This document shows positions 13,531 to 27,531 of a stretch of 64,000 bases of DNA, piece after piece (positions within the stretch are counted from its first letter, which is position 1; every line of letters starts with the position of its first letter). The notes beneath the pieces are model-generated. The model ran no database searches and was not told the DNA's origin. It saw nothing but the letters and a program-made list of their open reading frames with translations. Origin of the DNA: Octopus vulgaris (lineage: Eukaryota); the NCBI GenBank assembly GCA_951406725.2, contig OX597816.1, positions 109,306,001-109,370,000 on the forward strand, written 5' to 3'. Made by a program: the position numbers and the translations under genes.

Positions 13531-13624
13531 TATTTCATTCTACACGTGTTTCGAAAGGCACAAATTACCAAAATCCGATGGAATAATGGGACCATATTGT
13601 GTCTTTCTCTTCAGGAAGAAAATA
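13531..13624 (-). ncRNA. Type I hammerhead ribozyme with long stem II
   Basis: UAUUUUCUUC-CUGAAGA-GAAAG.CACAA...UUGUG.CUUUC-GAA-ACACGUGU-A|GAAUGAAAUA: full core, palindromic stem III, 10-bp stem I with one mismatch, GUA site at 13541. Confidence 0.88.
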
Positions 13625-14210
13625 GGAAATCCGTTGGAAAAACAAAAACAGAACAGAGGCGGAGCAAAAACAAATCGAACTATGCTCCTAAGAGCCCATG
13701 GCGAAACTGTTTATCAGTGTATGTTGAGAACCGGTGGCTGAAGAATTCAACGGGTCAGGCATCGGTCAATCATGTGGGTGAGGGGGCGTAGATGTTCTTT
13801 GTGACCGAGAATAAAGTTCTGACTATTTAAGGAATATTGGATGTTTTATAAGGGGCGAGAAAAAATCTACTTAGAGACGTGTGTGTGTGTATACTGTTCT
13901 ATATACGTGTGTGTTGGCGTAGGGGTAGAAAACATTTTTTGTGTACGTGTGTGCGTTTGATCGTTCGGCTGTCAGTGGCTACTGCCGTGATGACCGTTGG
14001 GTGGCAGAAAAAAAAAATATACATCATGTTTTATGTGTGTGTGTGTTCTCATCTAAACCTGCCTTGTCAAGGAAACCCCCGCTGTGAAAAAACCAAGCCC
14101 CGTTTGTCTTACAGGAGTAATTCCCCTTGCAGTGGTTAATCGTAGATATCTTAAAGGCTATTTCAGAATTTGTTACCAAGGGCTATGGGTGCCGGTATTA
14201 TTTATAAACG

Positions 14211-15660
<1,450 letters not shown>

Positions 15661-15666
<6 letters not shown>

Positions 15667-16370
15667 AACGGGAAGCTTTATGAAAATAAACAAAAGACGA
15701 AGGCAGGTGGAAAACAAACGAACAATTGTATTAGGATGGCGCTCAGGAAATATAAATAAAACAAGTCTTTAACGTTTCGAGCCTACGCTCTTCAACAGAA
15801 AGATACACAGAGAGAGAAAAACACAGAAAGAAGGAGAGAAAAAAAATGCGTGCAGTAGCTAACGAATCAACATGGCGATCTGATTTCGGCCAGAGGTCAA
15901 AGATCAAACATGAGACGCGAGAGCGAAATAAGGGGAGATAATAGGGTTGATAAAAGGGTTGAGGGACCAGCTAAAAGTGCGTGGGAGGGGTCTGGATGTG
16001 TGTATGTATAGGGTTGGTGTATGTATTAGTATGTATAAGGGTGTGTGTGTGTGTGTGTGTGTGTGTATGAGAGAGTATTAGTGCGTAAGATTGGTCTGGA
16101 CGTGCGTATGTATGGGGTTGGTGTATGTATTAGTATGTATTAGTATGTATTAGTACGTATTGGTATGTATAGGTGTGTGTGTGTGTGTGAGAGAGAGTAT
16201 AAGTGCGTATGCGGGGTCTGGACGTGTGTATGTATAGGGTTGGTGTAAGTATTAGTATGTACTGGTATGTATTAGTACGTATTAGTATGTATTAGTTGGT
16301 GTGTGTATTAGTATGGCACATCATATGTGATGTGATGTGTAAAGTCATGTGGTGTAGTGAGGAGAAGAGG
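15661..16370 (-). repeat. 3' pseudo-LTR of the PLE
   Basis: Matches 20152-20856 except for one substitution (ttaggatgg vs ttagtatgg) and (GT)n length. Contains the ORF stop and three ~105-120-bp internal subrepeats (gggtctgga.gtgtgtatgtatagggttggtg). Confidence 0.95.
15766..15803 (-). ncRNA. Minimal type I hammerhead ribozyme variant in the 3' pLTR
   Basis: UCUUU-CUGUUGA-A-GAGC(GUAG)GCUC-GAAACGU-U|AAAGA. Stem I 5 bp, stem II 4 bp, palindromic AACGUU; non-canonical A6->U and U17. Confidence 0.75.
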
Positions 16371-19300
16371 GGAGGGGAGAAGAGGGGGAGAGAAGGCGAG
16401 GGGAAGAAGAGGGGGAGGAGAAGGGGAAGAGGAGAGGATGGGGGATAAGGAAGGGGAGGAGGGGGATGAAGGAGGAAAGAGGGAGAGGGGAGAGAGGGAG
16501 TGAGGGAGCAGAGGGAAGGGGAAGAGGGAGGGAGAAAGAGGGAAGAAGGGAAGGGGAGTAGGGGTGAAAGGATGAAGGACTGTAGAAGTAGGGGTCGGGG
16601 GAGAAAGGATAGGTGAGGAGGGGGAGAGGGGGTTAGATGAGGAGGGGGGAGAGTTGAGACCAAATGGCGTATAAGAGCGAAGAGAGAAGATTAATTCCTG
16701 TTCACGGCGCAAACGGGAATCCGGATGGCCTCTGTGTAAGGACAAACCGAACACAGATAGGTGTTGCAAGGAGTGACCGGTGGAGCGGAAATGGCGTGAG
16801 ACCGGTGTGTCGTTCGCAAGGTGGATGTCACGAAGGTGTTCCGCGAACCGGTCAGCCAAGCGGCGTCCCGTTTGTCCGATGTACAAGGAATTGCAGAGAG
16901 AGCAAGAGATGCAATAGATAATATTGCTGGAGGTGCAGGTGAAGGAGTGGATGATGGGATAGGGTCGATGGTGGGTGCTAGTGAGGCGGGTGGTGTTGGA
17001 GAGGTAAGGGCAAGTGCGGCAACGTGGGCGGGAGCAGGGGAACGAGCCGGGTTGGGAGGTAGGGTCAGGGAAGGAGCTATGGACCAAAAGGTCTCGAAGG
17101 TTGTGGGCTCGTTTGGAAGAGGGGAGGGGTCGGTTAGGGAAGAGGTGTGAAGTGGACGGGTCGGACTGGAGATGACGGAAAGCTCGAAGAATGGTGCGTT
17201 GGAGACGTAGGGTCGTGGGGTGGTAAGTGAGGGGAAAAGGGAGGCGGGAGACTACAGGGCGGGTTCGGGGAGAGAGAGCAGATACACGGTCCACGGACCG
17301 TGCTCTGGCAAGGGCGGTGTGGATAGTGGTGAGGGGGTATCCACGTAGGGTGAAGTGGTGAGCCATACGTTGAGACTGAGTCTCAAAGTCATGGTCGTCA
17401 CTACAGAGCCTACGTAGACGGAGGAATTGGGAATAGGGGATGGAAAGCTTGGTGTGTTCTGGGTGGGAGGAAGAGAAGTTGAGGTATGAGTGTGAGTCTG
17501 TGTGTTTGTAGTGAATGGAGGTGGTAAGAGTGGAGTGAAGAATGCTAACCGAAATGTCGAGGAAGGAGACAGAGGTGTTGGAGATAGTGGAAGTGAAGTG
17601 GAGGGCTGGATGGAAAGATTGGACGAAAGAGAGGAAGGAATCTAGATGTTCGCGGGAGAGTGAGGTGGCACCGATAATGTCGTCAATATAACGACCATAT
17701 AGTTCAGGAGTGGGACCAGTGAAATTAGAGAATATTTGGGCCTCAACATAGCCAACGAACAGGTTCGCATAGTTGGGGCCCATTCGCGTTCCCATGGCCA
17801 CTCCCGAGACCTGATGGTAGAACTCGCCCGCGAACGAGAAGCAGTTCAGAGTAAGGACAAGTTCGGCCAGACGAATGAGTGTGGAGGTGTCAGGTACAGG
17901 GTTAGAGCGGAGGTCAAGAAAGTGTCGAAGGGCCTGCAGTCCTTCGTGGTGAGGGATAACAGTATAGAGGCTTTGGATGTCCATAGTAAAAAGGATTTTG
18001 GAGGAGCCGGGAGGAAAGGAGAAAGAGTTGAAAAGCCGGAGAGCATGGTTGGTATCGTGGATGTGGGAGGGAAGAGATGCCACTAGGGGGGCAAGGACAC
18101 GGTCGAGGTATTTAGAGATGAGCTCCGTGGGGCAGTTACAGGCGGAGACGATGGGGCGGCCAGGGTTGTTGGGTTTGTGGATTTTGGGGAGGAAGTAAAT
18201 GGTGGGGGTACGTGGGGTTCGCACAATTAGGTTGGATGCGGTGCGGGGGAGACGGGAGGACGAGATGAGGTCTTGGACAGTAGAGGATACCGTCTGTTGG
18301 TAGCTACGTGTGGGGTTAGAGGGCAGAGGGGAATAGAAGGAGGTGTCATTGAGTTGGCGGAAAGCCTCGGCCCTATAGAGGTCCGCGCGCCACACCAATA
18401 CATCTCCACCCTTGTCAGCCGGTTTGATGATAATGTCAGCGCGCCGTTGGAGGGAACGAAGAGCCAAGAGCTCAGCCGGGGAGATGTTGAGGCGGCGTTG
18501 GCGCCTGGAGAAGTTGAACCGCTCCAATGCACGCTGACAAGCGCCCGCGAAAAGATCCACTGCTAGGATCTGGCCAGGGGCAGGCGTCCACGGGGATGGT
18601 CGGCGGCCCAGGCCAGTGAAGCAGTCGTCCTCTTCGTTGGGTGTGGGTGGCGAGTCGTGGTAATGCGCACCCAACCGGACACGGCGCACAAAGCTGTGGA
18701 CATCAACTCGCGTCTGGAATTCCTTACAGGATGGAGTGAGGGGGATGAAACGCAGACCCCTACCCAGGACGGAGCGTTCAGCCGCAGAGAGGGGAAGATC
18801 GGGGGGAATGGTAACAACAGACGGAAGTGGAGAAGGGGTGGGTGGAATAGAAGTAGGAGGGGTGGTAGGTCTCGTGGAGGTCTGAGGGGGAGGGATTGGG
18901 GAGGTGTGTGGGGGGTGGTTGGGCGGGGCAGTAGGGTTAGGTGTAGGTGGATGGAGCCTAACGGGAGGGGAGAAGGGGTTGTAGGGAGGGGCAGTGGGGT
19001 TAGGTGTGGGTGGATGGAGCCTATCGGGAGGGGAGAAGGGTGGTGGAGGAGTTGGGGTAGTGGCGTCGGGTAGGGTGGAATGGAAGAGTGATTGGAGTTT
19101 ACGAAGTTTGGTATCAGAAAGAAATTGATGGAAGAGTTGATTCAAATGGATAATGAAGCGTAGCGTGTTTGGAGCATAGAGAGGCGGCAGAGAGGAGAAG
19201 AAGGTGGAGAAAGCAGGAGGAAGAAGGCGGTTGATGGCATGTAGTTTGGAGAGATTGGAGCGAATGGTGGCCCGCATAAGGCGGTAAGATGTGGTGCGGA

Positions 19301-19586
19301 GTATGGGTAAGATGGAAGAATCCGAGTGGAGAGCAGGGTGGAAGTGGAGGCGGAAACCTTTAGGGATGAGTCGGTGATGTAGGCAGCGGCTTAGGAAAGA
19401 GACATGGCTAGAGAAGCGGGTTTTTTTAAAAAGAAGTAGAGAGAGATTAACGGACGGCTGAAGGCAATATACAGGAAGCGAACGTAGATGATCCTTCAAA
19501 CGGTGATGGAGGGTGAGGAGGTAGGACCTAGGATCCGGCATGATGGGATAGCGGAAAAAAAACGTTCGAAAAAACAAAAAAAACAA
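16308..19586 (-). CDS. PLE polyprotein: reverse transcriptase + GIY-YIG endonuclease (likely start at ATG 19541, MPDPRS)
   Basis: IIIKPADKG, FLPKIHK..PGRPIVS, MDIQSLYT, GVAMGT, YGRYIDDI and FLDI (PLE RT). CSRPRCRTC, NIIYCISCSLC-NSLYIGQT, RFAEH, VSRHF and GLN (GIY-YIG with Zn motifs). No internal stops. Confidence 0.95.
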   Translation of the reverse strand: MFFLFFRTFFFRYPIMPDPRSYLLTLHHRLKDHLRSLPVYCLQPSVNLSLLLFKKTRFSSHVSFLSRCLHHRLIPKGFRLHFHPALHSDSSILPILRTTSYRLMRATIRSNLSKLHAINRLLPPAFSTFFSSLPPLYAPNTLRFIIHLNQLFHQFLSDTKLRKLQSLFHSTLPDATTPTPPPPFSPPDRLHPPTPNPTAPPYNPFSPPVRLHPPTPNPTAPPNHPPHTSPIPPPQTSTRPTTPPTSIPPTPSPLPSVVTIPPDLPLSAAERSVLGRGLRFIPLTPSCKEFQTRVDVHSFVRRVRLGAHYHDSPPTPNEEDDCFTGLGRRPSPWTPAPGQILAVDLFAGACQRALERFNFSRRQRRLNISPAELLALRSLQRRADIIIKPADKGGDVLVWRADLYRAEAFRQLNDTSFYSPLPSNPTRSYQQTVSSTVQDLISSSRLPRTASNLIVRTPRTPTIYFLPKIHKPNNPGRPIVSACNCPTELISKYLDRVLAPLVASLPSHIHDTNHALRLFNSFSFPPGSSKILFTMDIQSLYTVIPHHEGLQALRHFLDLRSNPVPDTSTLIRLAELVLTLNCFSFAGEFYHQVSGVAMGTRMGPNYANLFVGYVEAQIFSNFTGPTPELYGRYIDDIIGATSLSREHLDSFLSFVQSFHPALHFTSTISNTSVSFLDISVSILHSTLTTSIHYKHTDSHSYLNFSSSHPEHTKLSIPYSQFLRLRRLCSDDHDFETQSQRMAHHFTLRGYPLTTIHTALARARSVDRVSALSPRTRPVVSRLPFPLTYHPTTLRLQRTILRAFRHLQSDPSTSHLFPNRPLPSSKRAHNLRDLLVHSSFPDPTSQPGSFPCSRPRCRTCPYLSNTTRLTSTHHRPYPIIHSFTCTSSNIIYCISCSLCNSLYIGQTGRRLADRFAEHLRDIHLANDTPVSRHFRSTGHSLQHLSVFGLSLHRGHPDSRLRREQELIFSLRSYTPFGLNSPPSSSNPLSPSSPILSPPTPTSTVLHPFTPTPLPFFPLSPSLFPFPLLPHSLSPLSLFPPSSPSSPSLSPILSSSPSPPPLLPLAFSPPLLPSPLLLTTPHDFTHHITYDVPY

Positions 19587-20151
19587 AAATTATCGTATGA
19601 AAAAAATAGAAAAAAAGGGGATAGCGAAAAAAGGGGAAAAAACAAACGTTCAAAAAAACAAAAAAATAATAATCGTATGAAAAAACTAGATAAGTAAGCG
19701 ATAGGGGCAGAAAAGACGGGGCAAACGGAAAAGGGAAAGAAAGAAGGGAAGCAGAGAGAGGGGGAGGCAAAAAAAGGGGGTGCAGGCAGAGGAAACGGAG
19801 TATGGACATCCAGAGAGGGAAGAAAGACGGAAAGGAGAACAAAAATTCAGGAAAATGTGGGAAGCATGAAATGAATGTAAAAAAAGTGGTAATATAAGAG
19901 AAAATAAAAATACAACAAACGGGACAGTTTATGCGAACAAGTTCAAGGTTGAAAGTTCAAGGTGAGAAATGTGTAGACGTCGTGGTATATTTTTTAAGGA
20001 TTTCACATCAATGCAAAGTCACTTTGATCCGCGAAAGAGAGGTGCAGCCAATGGTAAGTATCCAAGAGGTAAAGAAAATCCAAGGTAGAGGTAAGTGTTG
20101 ATAGTGGTATTGGTAGAATATAGGATGAAAGTGAGACCACGTGAGCGCATA

Positions 20152-20856
20152 ATATATAACGGGAAGCTTTATGAAAATAAACAAAAGACGAAGGCAGGTG
20201 GAAAACAAACGAACAATTGTATTAGTATGGCGCTCAGGAAATATAAATAAAACAAGTCTTTAACGTTTCGAGCCTACGCTCTTCAACAGAAAGATACACA
20301 GAGAGAGAAAAACACAGAAAGAAGGAGAGAAAAAAATGCGTGCAGTAGCTAACGAATCAACATGGCGATCTGATTTCGGCCAGAGGTCAAAGATCAAACA
20401 TGAGACGCGAGAGCGAAATAAGGGGAGATAATAGGGTTGATAAAAGGGTTGAGGGACCAGCTAAAAGTGCGTGGGAGGGGTCTGGATGTGTGTATGTATA
20501 GGGTTGGTGTATGTATTAGTATGTATAAGGGTGTGTGTGTGTGTGTGTGTGTATGAGAGAGTATTAGTGCGTAAGATTGGTCTGGACGTGCGTATGTATG
20601 GGGTTGGTGTATGTATTAGTATGTATTAGTATGTATTAGTACGTATTGGTATGTATAGGTGTGTGTGTGTGTGTGAGAGAGAGTATAAGTGCGTATGCGG
20701 GGTCTGGACGTGTGTATGTATAGGGTTGGTGTAAGTATTAGTATGTACTGGTATGTATTAGTACGTATTAGTATGTATTAGTTGGTGTGTGTATTAGTAT
20801 GGCACATCATATGTGATGTGATGTGTAAAGTCATGTGGTGTAGTGAGGAGAAGAGG
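20152..20856 (-). repeat. 5' pseudo-LTR of the PLE
   Basis: Direct repeat of 15661-16370. Confidence 0.95.
20257..20294 (-). ncRNA. Minimal hammerhead ribozyme variant in the 5' pLTR
   Basis: Identical to 15766-15803. Confidence 0.75.
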
Positions 20857-21136
<280 letters not shown>

Positions 21137-21636
21137 GAGAGTATGATAGAAGAAGGCTAACTCTTCCTTCCGAAGAAAAAAAAAATTCAAATTGGATCAT
21201 GTTAACACAAAAAATTATTTACATCAAAAAGGTGCCTTTTTTCTACGAAAATCCCTATTTTATACGATGTTTTGACTGCTGTGTCGCCATTTTTCGGTGT
21301 ATTTCACTTAAAGAGAATAACAAGCTACATACTGCCAAATGTTTACTTTTAAAAAGTTCTAATTCTAAAGGGTCTAAACAAACCGCAACGCCGGGCGATA
21401 CTGCTAGTATATATATATATATAATTGTAAATTTTCTTTAGAAAAGCATAGGAAGCATGCAAGTGCTCGATTCAAACTCGTGACGCTAGACAAGTGCAAG
21501 AGATACTGTGAAGATTATGTTTGGTGTATACATATAGATTTAATATGAAGGAATTTTCTAAAACATATATTAATACATTCAGAATATAAAGATAAAGAAA
21601 TATAGAAATATACATGAATGTTAAAAATATGCAAAG

Positions 21637-21685
<49 letters not shown>

Positions 21686-21689
21686 TACA

Positions 21690-22595
21690 TTAATATAATA
21701 AATATAGATAAGAATAATGAAAGACATTTCTTTTAAAAATTCAAAATTAATTATAGAATGGAGGGAGTAATAGATGTTTAAAAGGAGTTTTTGGTACCAT
21801 ATCTAAAGGAAATTATGTACTCCGACGATCGTTTCTAGAATTCATTCAAAGAGTACAAGTCATTCTTACGATTTCCTTTCAAGAAATGCCCCCATCATCA
21901 GGGAAAAAGAGAAGAATAGTGTTTGTGCCAGAAATGTATTAAATGGTTTTGCAAGTATTAATTAATTTTTGTTTCATATAAGAATCATACGAGTTATGGA
22001 AATTATTAAGAGGGCTGATGGGAGTTTTTATTTTTTTTTTATTTTTTAAAAATTACTACTAACTGGCAATATATTGCTGTACTATAGAAAATGCTACTAT
22101 GCGGGTTCGAATTTAAATTTACTCTTGAACGTTGAATAATATATATGGTTACACAAATGAATTTAGCTTCAGAAAATTTATTTAAAACAGTGGAACCAAA
22201 TATACGAAGGATTATATACGATTCTTTTATACAAATTCGACATCAGCCGGCAAGGGTATCATATGGTAGGGTCTCATCTATGATCGACCAAGACAATGTA
22301 TAATTGATGTTTTGTAATTTTAAATTTTGTATATAGCTTGCTAACGCCGTAGAGTTTCTATGTTTTAACTTATTAAAGGAATTTACGTATAATTTGTCTT
22401 TTCCTAGATTTAGAGTGAGTTACCCCATCCGCATGTTTGGGCATAGAGGAAGCATGTTTATTAAAAGTTCTAGTATTAGGATTATAAAGTTTAATAGGGT
22501 GAACGACAGGTCTACTTACAGGTTTATAACCTAATGAGGGGGTTGTTTTAATCCTATCAGTGTTACCATGAGGTGTTAAATTAGCTAATTTAGTT

Positions 22596-22600
<5 letters not shown>
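21690..22600 (-). mobile_element. Degenerate truncated PLE (GIY-YIG C-terminus + HHR) between (AT)n tracts
   Basis: 22380->22145 reads [21 protein letters not shown]...WSIIDETLPYDTLAG*CRICIKESYIIL...LNKFSE; HHR downstream at 21820-21905. Confidence 0.75.
21820..21905 (-). ncRNA. Type I hammerhead ribozyme with long stem II
   Basis: UUCC-CUGAUGA-UGGG...UCUA-GAA-ACGAUCGU-C|GGAG: canonical core, perfect palindromic stem III, GUC site at 21824; stem II partly decayed. Confidence 0.78.
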
Positions 22601-22671
<71 letters not shown>

Positions 22672-22737
22672 GTATATATATATATGTATATATATATATA
22701 TGTATATATATATGTGTGTGTGTGTGTTTTAAAGTTT

Positions 22738-23105
22738 GAATCGTTTCAGTCACTTGACTGCGGTCGTGCTAGAGAACCGCCTTAAATGGTTTTAGTGGAA
22801 CAAATCGATTCCAGGACTTCATTTTTTAAAGCCTAGTTCTTATTCTATCGGGTTGTTTTGCTGAACTGCTAGGCTACGGGGATGTAAACACACCGACACC
22901 GGTTGTCAAGCGGTATGGGAGGACAAACACAATAACAAAGACACACACATATATGACGGGCTTCTTTCAGTTTCCGTCTACCAAATCCACTCACAAGAAT
23001 TTTTGTCGGCCTGAGGCTATAGTAGAAGACATTTCCCCAAGGTGTCACGCAGTGGGGCTGAACCCGGAATCATCTAGTTAGGAAGCAAACTTGTTATTCC
23101 ACACC
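22738..23105 (-). mobile_element. tRNA-derived SINE
   Basis: The reverse complement begins ...gcttcctaactagatgattccgggttcagccccactgcgtgacaccttgggg (B-box-like head); homologous to 38197-38340 and 270-390. Confidence 0.75.
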
Positions 23106-23107
23106 AA

Positions 23108-23198
<91 letters not shown>

Positions 23199-24118
23199 TT
23201 ATCTATGATATTGACAATTCCCCGAGAAATTTTGATAAAAATTTTATACGTTAGCAAAGATGTTTTACTCACATTTTACATCTATAAAAAAAATAGCGAT
23301 CAAGTTATGAATCTGAAAATGTTAGTCTGTCTACTGTACTATATGCGATGATCAAATGATAGTCTCTAAGTCAAATATAAAACGAGCTAAGGAGGAGGAA
23401 AAGAACTAAAATTTATTGGACAATAATTTCTCTTATATAATTATTGAAAACAATTGGATCATTGAGATGTCCTCTCTCTCTGAGTAAAAAGAAAATAAAG
23501 CAAATATGAGGTATACAATACACAGTTTTGCCATTTAATTCTAGATATGAAGAAGCAAGAGATTTTGAACAAGTTTCTGGATGAAGTCTCTTTTCAATTG
23601 TCTCAAAACACATTTACTGCAGCACAGTATTCAAAAAGAGAAAATTATGTAAAAGAGAAAATACACGAAACGAAATTAATCGATAATTTCTGCCACCAAC
23701 AAGACGTATCAAAACGTGGCTGTGTTCCAGTTTAGACACGTAGACTAAGTATGTCTAGACGATTAACTCGAAATGTTGATGCGATTTTGTACTCCACGTT
23801 TTAAATAATTGCAGTTCTTGTAACTAAAGAACATTTTATTGAATTTTCAGAGCAAATTAATGGATACAATTTATTTATAGTGGCTATTTTAATCGGATTT
23901 TATAACGAATTTGAATATTGGAATGAGATATACTATAGGCACGCACAAATATAAAACGTACACATATATGTGTTCACGGAATAAGAAACCGTGTGTTTTG
24001 TAAGATTGGTTCTTATTTTTCTTATTTTATCCTTATATTTCAAAAATTGGATTCTTCTACATTGGAAACCGGAGCAGGATTTTCCCCTCTTTCTTTCTCT
24101 GCTTCCAAACTCCTCCTC

Positions 24119-24253
<135 letters not shown>

Positions 24254-24444
24254 AAGACAGACAGGCAGAAACAAGGAAAATGCCACTTGTATTTGAACAT
24301 TCTACAAATATTCTTTTATAAAACTTTTCTTTTAATTTTTCTAAATTTAATTGTTTTTCCATACTTACAGTTGAAAAAGTCTCAATGACTTAAACCAGTA
24401 CTGAAATGTTTTTATAAAATTATTTTAGCATTTTCTATCTTGAC

Positions 24445-24481
<37 letters not shown>

Positions 24482-24852
24482 GAATGAGTGGGCAAATGAA
24501 AGAAAAAAGCACTCAACGCATTTCGTATGAGTTACATATATCATTATTTGAAACAGTCTGATTCAGATATATGTCACTTAAAATCATGCAGGCTTCTTAC
24601 TGATACCTAGCTCGCTCAAGCTCAGATTACCGAATGGAGGATATAAGAAGTCGAAGATGGCTATTGGCAAATGACCTGCTATTGATCCAAGCGGGTCACA
24701 TGATGTTGCTAGAAGTGAGATCGGCATTTCAGCAACAGCAAATGCATTAAAAAGAATAATTTCTTGAAATGCGAGCTGAACAGGAAGCTGGTGGCTCTTT
24801 AGTGTCTAGTGGGCCTTTGAAAAAGACAAGAGAGCCGATAGAGGCAAGATCG

Positions 24853-24895
<43 letters not shown>

Positions 24896-25034
24896 TGTGT
24901 GTGCGTGTGCGAGAAAAAGAGGGAGAGTATGTGTGTGTGTGTGCGCGCGTGTACGAATACGTGTGCGTTAGTGCCTGCTTTCTAGGCGTGATCCTAGACC
25001 TGAAGTCACATGGGAGCGAATCAAATTGTTTCAA

Positions 25035-25087
<53 letters not shown>

Positions 25088-25104
25088 TGATGATGATAAT
25101 AATG

Positions 25105-25154
<50 letters not shown>

Positions 25155-25194
25155 TATAATAATTATAATAATAACTTGGTTTTCCACTCAGAGA

Positions 25195-25300
25195 GTGGAA
25201 GACCAAATTGTACTCAAATAATGTATTCGTAGAAGTTAATATTAAAATAGGCATCTTCCAAGGTGACTCGTTTTCTCCGTTATTATTTGTTATTTCACGA
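25195..25300 (+). pseudogene. RT fragment of an R4/Dong-type retrotransposon
   Basis: VNIKIGIFQGDSFSPLLFVI (RT motif), between (AAT)n tracts. Confidence 0.7.
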
Positions 25301-25369
25301 ATGGGTTATTTGGGTTTTGTATATGTGTACCCCAGGGTCACTTTGAAGGTATGCGCTAGTCTCTCACTC

Positions 25370-25413
<44 letters not shown>

Positions 25414-25466
25414 TATCAACAACAACAACAACAATAATAATACTAAACGTAATAATAGTAATAATG

Positions 25467-25852
25467 ATTTCATTTATTTGCCACAGAGACGATGGATGAT
25501 GAGACAATACAAAGACAGACATTAGTGTGTGGGTTTACATATAATGAAATGATAAAAAAATGAAAGCAAGTATACGCAGTAAACAGTGGAATGGAAGGGG
25601 CATATCCTTAGCATACGAAAGTGTAATAGAAAAAGTGGTGGGGAGGATGATAGAGATGTGGCTCTCCTGATACAGGAAGACCTCTAGGGATAATTGAGGA
25701 ACCCCATTGTCCGAAATTTCCCTGAAACCCCAGGAGTAAGTGCACTCTCCAATTCATTCTGTTCGACTCACAGGTCTACACATAGAGAGGTGCCATCCAC
25801 TCTTGCCATTTTCGCAACTTTGACTCACCTTTCAATAAACTCACTCGAAGAG
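25467..25852 (-). mobile_element. 3' end of an L1/Tx1-like LINE
   Basis: Minus frame SSEFIER*VKVAKMARVDGTSLCVDL*, homologous to 32520-32580; (AAT)n tail. Confidence 0.5.
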
Positions 25853-25873
25853 ATAATAATAATAAGAAGAATA

Positions 25874-25936
<63 letters not shown>

Positions 25937-25939
25937 GTA

Positions 25940-27365
25940 ATAAAGTTCGTGCAGTCCTGAAATCTGAACTAAATGCACGTAACAAGGTGTTAGCTATAAA
26001 TTCCTTAGCAGTTCCAGTTGTTAATTATAGCTACAATGTGTTGAACTGGAATATGAGTGAAGTAAAGAAAATAGACAGGAAAATACGTAAGCTGCTGAGT
26101 TGTAATAGGATGCACCACCCAAAGGCAGACGTAGATCGCCTTTACCTCCCCAGAGCCCAAGGAGGTCGAGGCCTGATCCAATTTGAACTAGCTTACAAAA
26201 CAACCACAATTGGACTGGCCAAATATCTTGAAATAACGAATGACTGGATTCTAAAGCTCGTGGAAAATCACGAGAGACGAAAGAAGCTTCATTCTATCAT
26301 AAAGGAAAGCAAAAAAATTTGCTATTGATCTCGTGCAGGATACCAAAACTGAACAACCCGAGGGAAGTACGGCAACTATTGTTGCAAAGAAGGTGAAAAT
26401 AATGGCAACGAAAAAAGCGCACGAGCAATTGGCTGATAGGTGGGAGGAGAAACCTCTGCACGGCAAATGTGTGGCCTGTAGCAAACAAGCTGATGTTGAC
26501 CAGAAGCAAACCCATCAGTGGCTACGGAACTCAGGGCTAAAAGCAGAGAGCGAAGGTTTCATCCTGGCTGCTCAAGATCAAAGCCTATTAACCCGGAACT
26601 ACCAGGCCAATGTGATGAAAAATGGAGCAGACCCAAAATGCCGATTCTGCAACGACATGATTGAAACAGTGGACCACCTAATCTCTGGATGTAAAGGCTT
26701 AGCCCCAGTGGAGTATAAATTAAGACATGACAGAGTTGGCCAATATCTACACTGGCTAATAAGTCGGCATTACAATATCAAAACTGCCGACAAGTGGTAT
26801 AATCACCACCCTGAGGCTGTAACTGAAGGAGAAAATGAAACATACAGACCGAACCATCAAAGCCAATAAACCGGATATTGTTGTGAAAGACCAAAACAAT
26901 AAAATTTGCTTATTGATCGATATGAGCATCCTCTGTGATCGTAATATCGCGGCGAAAGAATTTGACAAGCTCAGAAAATATAAAGACTTGCTCATTGAAA
27001 TTGAGAAAATGTGGCATCTCAAGGCGGTTACAATACCAGTGATCGTAGGAGCACTAGGAATGATCAAGAAGGGAACCGAAAATTATATGAGAATGATTCC
27101 TGGCTTACCATCCCTGCAAGAAGTGCAAAAGATTGTCTTAACTCGTACATCACATGTATTGAGAAGAGCATTGTCGATGTGAGAACTATTACTACCCATG
27201 TATTTTAATTTAACTTTATTTCTATCAAAAGAAAAAAAAATGAACGAACTAGTGAGTTTAGTTTAATGGCCTACCAATGTATACAATGAGTTTCTTTGCC
27301 CTAGGAGTCGGGAAGACACTCGGCAAGAAATGGATGCAAATTTGAAAGAAAAAGAAAAACCCATA
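25940..27365 (+). mobile_element. 5'-truncated R4/Dong-clade non-LTR retrotransposon (RT C-terminus, CCHC knuckle, restriction-like endonuclease) in (TAA)n
   Basis: AVLKSELNARNKVLAINSLAVPV..., DRLYLPRAQGGRGL, ILAAQDQSL, CRFC..ETVDHLISGC, RHD, KPDIVV..IDMS, K..KY, IPVIVGALG. Two frameshifts (~26325, ~26840); (TAA)n on both sides. Confidence 0.9.
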
Positions 27366-27425
<60 letters not shown>

Positions 27426-27494
27426 CCTTTTCCCCATAGACATCACAGATACGAGTGTTTTCAAATGTAAGGGTATCTCACCTGTTAGTATCCT

Positions 27495-27531
<37 letters not shown>

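Noticed and set aside
16664-19073. Plus-strand and alternative-frame ORFs overlapping the PLE ORF
   Set aside because: Shadow ORFs of a GC-rich, strand-biased coding sequence; no motifs.
20047-20061. U1 snRNA-like 5' sequence ATACTTACC on the minus strand
   Set aside because: Only 9 nt match; no U1 stem-loops or Sm site.
22243-22245. In-frame TGA next to CxxC as possible selenocysteine (some Naiad PLEs are reported to be selenoproteins)
   Set aside because: It aligns with K/Q before the first Cys in the other two copies, not with Cys. The element is otherwise decayed and no SECIS was identified.
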